A DNA stretch of 54,722 nucleotides from a virus. Taxonomy: Duplodnaviria > Caudoviricetes. Within the stretch, counting starts at the first letter, position 1. Every line of letters starts with the position of its first letter. Below the pieces are notes generated by a model. It made no database searches and was not told where the DNA came from. It saw only the letters and a program-made list of their open reading frames with translations. Of this stretch, positions 36,605 to 43,594 are shown piece by piece. The DNA is taken from IMG/VR virus record IMGVR_UViG_3300049190_000028, positions 1-54,722 of that record. One strand, given 5' to 3'. The position numbers and the translations under genes were made by a program.

Positions 36605-37297
36605 ATGTTTTCGAACCACTACCAAGAACTAGAGAAGCCCAGTTCCGTTGAAAAGTTCACGGAGGCCATGCAGGCCCTGTGCCTCGCCGCTGGCGCCGAG
36701 CGGTTCATCGTCTTCGGCCTTGGTGGCGCAGAAGACGGCGAAGTGCAGCATCTGCTGCACAGCGGCAGCGATGCGGCTGGCGTTGTGCTGCTCGGCTCTC
36801 GGCATTGGACGGTGGACCGGCTGCTGACAACGCTGCGCGTGACGGGCATGCCAGTCGAGCTCGGCGCTGGTGGCCTGGAGGTGAGCGTCGAGGGGTTCGA
36901 GTTCGGGGCCGCCGCGATCTCGCGCGATGCGCATTCGGCGTGTGCCGTGGTATTCGGAACCGACCAACCCCACGCGACGCGCGAGGCGTTGTACGAACTG
37001 CACGCAGGCGCTCAGATGGCGGCGATCTATGCCAGCTGTGGCCTGAAGGTCCTCATGCCACCGAAGACGTGCATGCTGCGGCCACGCGAGTTGGAGTGCC
37101 TGGCCTACTACATGGCCGGCAAATCGACGAAGGAAACGGCCGAGGCCATGGGAATTGGGCCTCGGACCGTAGAAGTGCACTTGGACCGCGCTCGCGCGCG
37201 GTACGGCGTCAAGGCCACGATGGTGGCGGGCATGCGCGCCGTGCGAGAGGGCTGGATCACAACGGCCCAGATTGGGGCCATTCGCGACGCTGCCTGA
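36605..37297 (+). CDS. LuxR-family regulator A (intact HTH, degenerate ligand domain)
   Basis: LRPRELECL...GKSTKETA..MGIGPRTVEVHL. Confidence 0.9.
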   Translation: MFSNHYQELEKPSSVEKFTEAMQALCLAAGAERFIVFGLGGAEDGEVQHLLHSGSDAAGVVLLGSRHWTVDRLLTTLRVTGMPVELGAGGLEVSVEGFEFGAAAISRDAHSACAVVFGTDQPHATREALYELHAGAQMAAIYASCGLKVLMPPKTCMLRPRELECLAYYMAGKSTKETAEAMGIGPRTVEVHLDRARARYGVKATMVAGMRAVREGWITTAQIGAIRDAA

Positions 37298-37357
37298 TCA
37301 GCCGCCACCGTAGGGGATGCCGAGGAGTTCAAGGAAGGCGTCGAAAAAGCTATGCAT
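37298..37357 (-). CDS. 19-aa peptide MHSFFDAFLELLGIPYGGG
   Basis: GGAG 7 nt before ATG; stop abuts the luxR-A stop (TGATCA); lux-box-like site upstream. Confidence 0.6.
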   Translation of the reverse strand: MHSFFDAFLELLGIPYGGG

Positions 37358-37403
37358 GTAGATGCTCCAGTGGGTTGCGTTCGAACCGAATCGGCTCGAA
37401 GCC

Positions 37404-37450
37404 ACTGTGGCATACGTACGTATTTCTGGTAGCTACCAACCCTTGTAGGG
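37404..37450 (-). promoter_or_regulatory. Peptide-gene promoter: lux-box-like site, box copy B and extended -10
   Basis: AG-CTACCAACCCTTGTAG-GG (CT-N12-AG, 37431-37450); CTACCAGAAATACGTACGTA (37413-37432, 18/20 to site A); TGc-CACAGT. Confidence 0.55.
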
Positions 37451-37462
37451 CGGGTGCAATCC

Positions 37463-38185
37463 CTAGGCTGGCTTGATCAGGCCGCCTTCGATGGCGCGCA
37501 GGATCGCCATTGGGCCCGTGGTGGCGGCGAGCTTCTGGGCAGCCGTTCGCTGGGCCCGGGCCCTAGTTGGGTTCGTGATGACGACCTTGTCGCCGCGCAG
37601 GTGCACGACCTGAGCGTCAGCGGCCCATTTCAAGGCTTCTACCTCTTCCTTGCCGACGGCGTTCAGATCAATAGCCGGCGCGGCCGTGTGGATCCGCTTC
37701 GCCGCTGATTGCGCATGCAGCACGATCAGCCGGAGATCGCCCTCGAGCTTGAACCGTGCCGCGCCAGTCGGAACCGGATCAGCGCTGTCCACGCCGAAGC
37801 AGAAGGTCTCAGCGTGCGAGAACTCGTGCAGCGAGATCGCCATGCCGTTGCGGTATCCGAACGGCGCCTGCAGCTCCCACAACTCGCCAGCCCCTGCGGC
37901 GACGTAGAAGGCTTGGTCGTAGACGTGGCACCCCTGCTTGGCCTGCATCGCAGTCAGCAGCGGATCACGTACTCCAACGTCCTGCGACTTAAAGACCTCG
38001 TAGAACCCATCTGGCGGGTTCCCGAAGCTGTGCACCATCGCCTTACGCGACGCCAGCCGGCCGCGGATCAACGTCCCGCCGGCCAGGCCGAACCCGAGCT
38101 TGCCTGCGGCCGCCACGAGCCGCGCCTGCAGCGTCTCCGCGTCAGGCGACAGGCCGATGTCGAGCAGGTCCTGGTAAGCGAGCAT
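37463..38185 (-). CDS. LuxR-family protein B (autoinducer-binding domain, degenerate HTH)
   Basis: GNPP..F...F......RDP...YDQ...LWE..APFGY..G; C-terminus EEVEALKW...AQKL...AILRAIEGGLI lacks the GK and TVxxH motifs. Confidence 0.85.
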   Translation of the reverse strand: MLAYQDLLDIGLSPDAETLQARLVAAAGKLGFGLAGGTLIRGRLASRKAMVHSFGNPPDGFYEVFKSQDVGVRDPLLTAMQAKQGCHVYDQAFYVAAGAGELWELQAPFGYRNGMAISLHEFSHAETFCFGVDSADPVPTGAARFKLEGDLRLIVLHAQSAAKRIHTAAPAIDLNAVGKEEVEALKWAADAQVVHLRGDKVVITNPTRARAQRTAAQKLAATTGPMAILRAIEGGLIKPA

Positions 38186-38209
38186 GGCTTGATGCGGTCA
38201 GAGGGCCGG

Positions 38210-38551
38210 CTACTTTGTTTCCACCTGCACTGCTGAAGGCTTAGGCGCACGCTTCCGCTTTGTGCGGCCCTGCTTGGCCAGCTCGGCAGCATCAAAAACC
38301 AGCGGCCCTGGCTCATTAACCGGCGCCAGTCCGACACCCGCTATGCCAACCAGCGCGGTCGGCAGGTACGCGGGAGGACCGTCTCCGGCCTGTGTCCAGC
38401 CGTGGACTCCACCGCCGAGGGTCAGATGCACACCCAGCCTCCAAAGTCCGGAAGTAATGCCTTTGGCCGCAAGCAGCGTGGTTGCGATTTCCTCGACGGT
38501 GAAGTTCACAGCCCCAGGGGGGCCGGACTGCGATGGAACGGACGTGCTCAT
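38210..38551 (-). CDS. Hypothetical third gene of TA operon (113 aa)
   Basis: ATG at 38551 overlaps the 3' end of the antitoxin ORF as given in the track. Confidence 0.7.
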   Translation of the reverse strand: MSTSVPSQSGPPGAVNFTVEEIATTLLAAKGITSGLWRLGVHLTLGGGVHGWTQAGDGPPAYLPTALVGIAGVGLAPVNEPGPLVFDAAELAKQGRTKRKRAPKPSAVQVETK

Positions 38552-39123
38552 GTAATCGCTGCTGGGCCGAAAGTGGTTTTGGTCTCTTCAGGGCGGAGCC
38601 GTTGATCAGAGTTGGACGTCATGAAGCTCTGAATGACCGTCCACGTCGCCTCCGCCGCCTGCGCCTTGATGGGCTCGAGTGCGTTAGCGCTGCTCACATC
38701 GCGCCACTCGCCATTGACGTACTCAAAGACGTAGCCGTGGGAAACGAAGTCGCGGTCGCAGAGCATCTTCTCGACGGCCTTGTTCAGGTCGCGTCTCGAA
38801 TGCTTGTTCAGCCACGCGAGCCGCAGTAATCGCGCTGCCGCAACTGGCACGGGAGTTGTCCCCTTCTCCCACTTGGCGACAGCCTGGTCCGTGGCGCCGA
38901 CGTACCGGCCGACCTCGGATTGGCTCATGGACAAGCGCTTGCGAAGGAAGCGGAACTCCGGAGCCGTCAGGTTTGCACCGCGGCAAGCGACAGTCCTCGC
39001 AAGCACTTTGAAGAGCCCTTGCAGATCCTCGTAGGCGACGGACTGGTCGTCTCCTTCGCCCTGAATGTCGAAGCCGTTGACCAACCGGACATCCGGCAGG
39101 CCGGTGCCTCTCATGCGATGCAT
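38548..39123 (-). CDS. XRE-HTH antitoxin (MqsA/HigA-like) with C-terminal extension
   Basis: GLPDVRLVNGF...LTAPEFRFLRKRLSMSQ...AVAKWEKG; start overlaps the toxin stop. Confidence 0.8.
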   Translation of the reverse strand: MHRMRGTGLPDVRLVNGFDIQGEGDDQSVAYEDLQGLFKVLARTVACRGANLTAPEFRFLRKRLSMSQSEVGRYVGATDQAVAKWEKGTTPVPVAAARLLRLAWLNKHSRRDLNKAVEKMLCDRDFVSHGYVFEYVNGEWRDVSSANALEPIKAQAAEATWTVIQSFMTSNSDQRLRPEETKTTFGPAAIT

Positions 39124-39443
39124 CACTTTGCCTCGATCACTGTGACAACCAGGCACCCCGTTAGGGCTGCCCAATCTTCTGATGCGTGCTCAATGCCCGC
39201 AATGACAACGCGAACTGAACACCCGCGGTGAACCACTTCTGCCCGCAACTCGCCGTTGGTGTAAACCGGCTCGTAAGCCTTCCCCTTCGACAGGCAGGTC
39301 ATAACGTCCTCGTGGTCAATGTCCCGTTCCTCCATACGTTCCAACGCGTGAGTGCGGAAGCGAACGTTTCGGGAGCTCGCTTTCGCCAAGGCGTTAACGG
39401 CCTTGGTTAAGCGGGAATTGATGCTACCAGACTTGTCTCGCAT
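39123..39443 (-). CDS. DUF4258-like (RelE/BrnT-fold) putative toxin
   Basis: FRTHALERMEERDI...V..CL..G...LVVTVI. Confidence 0.75.
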   Translation of the reverse strand: MRDKSGSINSRLTKAVNALAKASSRNVRFRTHALERMEERDIDHEDVMTCLSKGKAYEPVYTNGELRAEVVHRGCSVRVVIAGIEHASEDWAALTGCLVVTVIEAK

Positions 39444-39453
39444 CCTATACTTT

Positions 39454-39771
39454 TTATAGGTTTGCTTGATGCGATACGTGAGATTCGACCGTCTTTGAGG
39501 GGCGACACAGCCGCGCCTCGCGCTTGGTCTTCAGCGCATGGTCATGCACCGTCAACCACTGCATGTTCGCCGGCGCATCCGCTCCCCCGCACTTCAGGGG
39601 AACGACGTGATCGATCTGCCAGCCTGGGCATGCGGCGCTGGCGCTGGTCTTGCCGGTGGCGGGGCAGGAGTGGGTGCGCTTGAAGTCCCGCATTGCAGCC
39701 TGTGACCGCCCTGGCCATCCGAAAGCTGCGCAGCTGACGGCAAATGCGCAGAAACACAGCAACCACCTCAT
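39454..39771 (-). CDS. HNH nuclease-like protein with N-terminal signal peptide
   Basis: MRWLLCFCAFAVSCAAFG; IDHVVPLKCGGAD...NMQWL...H..KT. Confidence 0.8.
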   Translation of the reverse strand: MRWLLCFCAFAVSCAAFGWPGRSQAAMRDFKRTHSCPATGKTSASAACPGWQIDHVVPLKCGGADAPANMQWLTVHDHALKTKREARLCRPSKTVESHVSHQANL

Positions 39772-40358
39772 GTGCCGACTGTAAAAGCGGCCGGTGGTAT
39801 GCCTTTGACCACCCGATACAGATCAATGTTCACGAACAGTTGGTCATCCGTCAGCCCGCCATCCGCCCACAAAACGACCTTCTCGGCGAGGTCTTCGGCC
39901 GCAGTCGATGACGCTGGAGCATCCCGTCGATAACCCATGCCCAGCCGTGGGTTGTGGTGCAGGTAGAGGCTGCGACTGAGCTCACGATCCGCTTCATGCT
40001 GTGCAAGGAGTCGCCAATAGGCGGACCGCTCGCCCGCGATGTACGGATCGCTCCCGCCGATGCCAGGGTGTTCTTGCATGAAGAAATAGAAGCCAAGCGC
40101 GCGGGCGGAGTCCGGCCATCCGATGGTCGAGATGATGCGCGTCGCATCGATCGCCATCGCTCGAAGCATGTTGGTCGGTAGCAGTGACTCAACTGTGTTC
40201 ATCCGAGTCATGAACGCCAGCTGAAGCCACTCGTGAGGCTCCCCGTCTGGAAACACCGCCTGAGCAGCCTCGCAGTCGCGCGCCACTTCTGCGGTGATCC
40301 GTTCGCATAGCGCGCGCGGGCTTATCAACCCTGCAACCTTGTTGCGAAGCGTTTTCAT
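39768..40358 (-). CDS. Hypothetical protein (196 aa)
   Basis: GGAGGA RBS; ATGA coupling to the HNH gene. Confidence 0.65.
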   Translation of the reverse strand: MKTLRNKVAGLISPRALCERITAEVARDCEAAQAVFPDGEPHEWLQLAFMTRMNTVESLLPTNMLRAMAIDATRIISTIGWPDSARALGFYFFMQEHPGIGGSDPYIAGERSAYWRLLAQHEADRELSRSLYLHHNPRLGMGYRRDAPASSTAAEDLAEKVVLWADGGLTDDQLFVNIDLYRVVKGIPPAAFTVGT

Positions 40359-40396
40359 CTTGTCCTCCCTAACTCGGCAGTAAAGCACGTACGCAA

Positions 40397-40443
40397 AAAT
40401 ATAGGCAATGCGCTTGACTCAAGTAAGCGCATTGCCTATATTT
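40397..40443. promoter_or_regulatory. oL: pL inside a perfect 19-bp inverted repeat of operators
   Basis: AAATATAGGCAATGCGCTT-N9-AAGCGCATTGCCTATATTT; TTGACT-N17-TATATT on +. Confidence 0.88.
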
Positions 40444-40491
40444 GCGCCCAGACCCACGAAAACGCCACTCGGCGGGGCAGCGAGGCAGGGG

Positions 40492-40869
40492 ATGCAAGCA
40501 CAGAGCACGGGGGCCGGCGACAGCTGCCTCACCCTCGGACGGCGGGCGGCGATCGAGCTGGCGCTGTCGGATGCCAGGCGGGACCTGGCCGAACTGGTGG
40601 AGCGCCGGAACGGGCTGCTGGCCCAAGCTGACGTCGAGCGCGCGCTGGCCTGCGAGCCGGGTAGCGGAACGGTCCGTCACAACACCCGGGCCGCCCGTCT
40701 GCGCCTCGACGCTTTTCTGATGGACCCGGACGTCGCCGCGGCGCGCCTGCGGGTCCGCAACCTCGAATCGCAGCTGAAGAGCGCGCCGGCTGAAGTGGCA
40801 CCCGTGGTACTGAGCGCCGCGCAGTGCGAGGCGGTGGACGAAACGGCTGGCCTGTGCGGGGTGCTGTGA
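40492..40869 (+). CDS. First pL gene, coiled-coil hypothetical
   Basis: ORF following pL. Confidence 0.5.
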   Translation: MQAQSTGAGDSCLTLGRRAAIELALSDARRDLAELVERRNGLLAQADVERALACEPGSGTVRHNTRAARLRLDAFLMDPDVAAARLRVRNLESQLKSAPAEVAPVVLSAAQCEAVDETAGLCGVL

Positions 40870-41090
40870 TGGGTACCTACATCGAGCACACCAGCGTGGA
40901 ATCCCAGGACTTCCGCATTGTCGATGCAACCACCGAAAACGCGCTCGGCGACACGCTCCATTTGATCTGGGTCGGCTTCTACGGCGAGGGCCGCTGGCTC
41001 ACCGCCGACGAAGCTGAGCAGCTGGCCGGCGCCGTCTTCGGCGTTGCCGCCATCCACCGCGCTCGCCGCGGCGCCGAGGTGCCGGCATGA
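40869..41090 (+). CDS. Hypothetical protein
   Basis: TGATG coupling. Confidence 0.5.
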   Translation: MGTYIEHTSVESQDFRIVDATTENALGDTLHLIWVGFYGEGRWLTADEAEQLAGAVFGVAAIHRARRGAEVPA

Positions 41091-41482
41091 GCGCCGCCTG
41101 GAAGTGGATCGCCAAGCCCAACGGCGCCGTTCTGCTGGCCGAGGTGGAGACCGGGCACACGGTCATGGACTGCGTGCGCAAGAGCATGCAGGCCTGCGTG
41201 CCGCGCTTCGCCAGCTGGCCGGGCCTGCCTGAGGGCGAGCCGCGCGCGGGCCGCGAAGGCGTCATGGCCATGGCGCAGAGCTGGTTCGACGCCGACGGCC
41301 GCCTGACTCACCCGCACGCACGCACCATCGAAGCGTCGCCCGCACTGCTGGATGCGCTGGCCCGCGCCCAAGCCAAGCTCACTGCCGCACTGCAGGCCCA
41401 CCCCGCCGCCGTGCCGCATCTGGTCGCCGAGGCGCATGCCATCCAGGCCGGCGCGCTGGCCGCTGCTGGAGCTGCAGCATGA
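41087..41482 (+). CDS. Hypothetical protein
   Basis: Coupled; VMDCVRKSMQ...PRF; HPHARTIEASP. Confidence 0.6.
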   Translation: MSAAWKWIAKPNGAVLLAEVETGHTVMDCVRKSMQACVPRFASWPGLPEGEPRAGREGVMAMAQSWFDADGRLTHPHARTIEASPALLDALARAQAKLTAALQAHPAAVPHLVAEAHAIQAGALAAAGAAA

Positions 41483-41757
41483 GCGCCGCCCGCCCCTACG
41501 TCCCCGCGGGCTGCGATCAGCAGGGCCGCGTCCCGCAAACCCGCCTCCTGTCCTGGGAAGACGCCGCCGGTACCTGCAACACCTGCCCAGGTGAGCTGGA
41601 GCCGGCCGAGTACCTGCAGCGCGACCCCGCGCCCAAGGTGCCTGCCTACCCGTGGCGCACCCTCGGCGCAGGCCTGGCCGTCGTGTTCGCCGCCGTCGTC
41701 GGGGTGCACGTCGCCTCGCTCGTCCTGGCTCCGACCGTCACGGTGGCCGCGCGATGA
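41479..41757 (+). CDS. Small membrane-anchored protein
   Basis: PAGCDQQGR; C-terminal hydrophobic stretch. Confidence 0.55.
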   Translation: MSAARPYVPAGCDQQGRVPQTRLLSWEDAAGTCNTCPGELEPAEYLQRDPAPKVPAYPWRTLGAGLAVVFAAVVGVHVASLVLAPTVTVAAR

Positions 41758-41867
41758 ACCTCGACCCCCTCGCCTCCGAGGCCCTGAGCCTCATCACCGC
41801 TGGCGGCGCTCTGCTGGCGGCCCTGTTCCTGGTCGCTGCGCCGGCCATCCCCTACCTCTTTCCCTGA
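41754..41867 (+). CDS. Small hydrophobic peptide (37 aa)
   Basis: ATGA coupling; single TM segment. Confidence 0.4.
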   Translation: MNLDPLASEALSLITAGGALLAALFLVAAPAIPYLFP

Positions 41868-41875
41868 GAACCACC

Positions 41876-42739
41876 ATGGACCTCGCTGAACAAGTAGCGC
41901 TGGCCGAAGACCACCCGGCCGGCTTTCGCCCGACGACCCTGGAACTGGAGCCGACCGAGACCACGCGTAGCGTGCCCGTCGTGCGCCCGCAGGCCGCCGT
42001 CGCGCTGGCCGAGAACAGCCCGGCCGCGATCATGATGGCCGCGCTGAAGCAGGGCATCCCGCTCGACCAGATCGAGAAGATGATGGACCTGCAGGACCGC
42101 TACGAGCGTCGCGAGGCCGAGAAGGCCTATGCCGCCGCGTTCTCTGCCTTCAAGGCCGAGACGGTCGAAATCATCAAGCGCAAGGAGGTCGACTACCCGA
42201 GCAAGGGAGGTCGCACCCAGTACAAGCACGCCGAGCTGTCGGACGTTCTGGAAGCGGTGACGCCGCACCTGTCGAAGCACGGCCTTGGTATCAGTTGGAA
42301 TACCACCAAGCAGGATCGCGGCTGGGTGGAAGTGACCTGCACGCTGCGCCACACCGGCGGTCACAGCGAGACCGTCACCCTTGGCGCTGCGCCCGACGAC
42401 AGCGGCGGCAAGAACGCCATCCAGGCCGTCGGCTCCGCCATCACCTACCTGGAGCGCTACACCGCCAAGGCCATTCTTGGCGTGGCCGAGAAGGGTCAGG
42501 ACGACGACGGCGCCAGCACGAGCGCTCGCGCTGATCGTCAGACCGAGGGCGGTGATGGCCGGCCCGATCCGCTGCAGACCCACCGCGATGCCGGCCAGGC
42601 CGCCGCTATGGAAGGGATGGCCAAGCTCACCGCGTGGTGGAAGACGCTGAACGCGAAGGAGCAGTCCGCGCTCAGCAAGGACTTCGGCGAAATGCGCAAG
42701 TGCGCGCGCCGTGCTGATGGGGAGACCAGCCGTGTCTGA
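41876..42739 (+). CDS. ERF-family ssDNA annealing recombinase
   Basis: YKHAEL..V...V.PHLSKHGL; LRHTGGHSE; QAVGSAITYLERY; DDDG. Confidence 0.92.
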   Translation: MDLAEQVALAEDHPAGFRPTTLELEPTETTRSVPVVRPQAAVALAENSPAAIMMAALKQGIPLDQIEKMMDLQDRYERREAEKAYAAAFSAFKAETVEIIKRKEVDYPSKGGRTQYKHAELSDVLEAVTPHLSKHGLGISWNTTKQDRGWVEVTCTLRHTGGHSETVTLGAAPDDSGGKNAIQAVGSAITYLERYTAKAILGVAEKGQDDDGASTSARADRQTEGGDGRPDPLQTHRDAGQAAAMEGMAKLTAWWKTLNAKEQSALSKDFGEMRKCARRADGETSRV

Positions 42740-43586
42740 GCTCATCGTCCGCTGCAGCTCCATCGGCAAGCTGATGGCTGCGCCGCTCAACGCCGACATT
42801 GACCCGGCTTACATGACGGCCGAGCTCGCCGGCATCATTGCCAAGACCAAGCGCACCGACGAAGAGAAGTCGGTGCTGGAGGAGGCGCGCCGCAAGAGCC
42901 TGTCCGCCGGCGGCAAGACACACGTTCGCGAGCTGGTGCGCGAGGCCATCTATGGCTTCGAGCCGGCCGAGATCGAGACGCGCCCCATCCTCAAGGGCCG
43001 CGCCGTCGAGTCCGAGTGCATCGCGCTGCTGGCCAAGCTCACCGGGCGCCCGCTGGTGAAGAACACCGAGCGCCGCAGCAACGGCCTGATCTCCGGCGAG
43101 TGCGACATCTTCGACGCACCGCTGCGCCACGGCCGAGACATCAAGGCGCCGTTCTCCATGGAGACGATGCCCATCGTCCTGGCCGACTGCTACGACAGCG
43201 GCTACGAGTACCAGATGCAGGGCTACGAGATCCTGTGGGACGCGGAGACCTGGAGCGTGGACTACGTGCTGGTCAGCACGCCCGAGGAGTTCATCGGCCT
43301 GGAGCCGCAGCACCTGCACTTCGTTGACCACATCGCCGAGACGCACCGCTGGACGACGTGGACGGTGAACCGCGACCGCGCGCTGGAGTCGCTGATCGTG
43401 GACAAGGTGCTGGCAGCCCGCCGCTACTACCGCCAGGTCATCAACGAATTCGACCGCACGCACGGCGGCTCTGTGCCCGAGGTTCCGCCGTGGGATTCAC
43501 CGCGCGCGCCGGCCGCCGCCCCCTCGCCCATCGCTGCCCCGGCGCCGCGCGCTGCGGCTGTCGACCTTGCCTCCCTGGACTTCTGA
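42732..43586 (+). CDS. Phage exonuclease (lambda Exo/YqaJ-like)
   Basis: RCSSIGKLM; ISGECD...DIKAP; YEYQMQGY. Confidence 0.8.
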   Translation: MSELIVRCSSIGKLMAAPLNADIDPAYMTAELAGIIAKTKRTDEEKSVLEEARRKSLSAGGKTHVRELVREAIYGFEPAEIETRPILKGRAVESECIALLAKLTGRPLVKNTERRSNGLISGECDIFDAPLRHGRDIKAPFSMETMPIVLADCYDSGYEYQMQGYEILWDAETWSVDYVLVSTPEEFIGLEPQHLHFVDHIAETHRWTTWTVNRDRALESLIVDKVLAARRYYRQVINEFDRTHGGSVPEVPPWDSPRAPAAAPSPIAAPAPRAAAVDLASLDF

Positions 43587-43594
43587 GGACCATC

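Noticed and set aside
37108-37413. 101-aa minus-strand ORF overlapping luxR-A
   Set aside because: No RBS, starts within the predicted promoter and is antisense to a clear HTH; the 19-aa ORF in another frame fits better
36500-38200. Cognate luxI autoinducer synthase
   Set aside because: No ORF with LuxI-type motifs seen in the window
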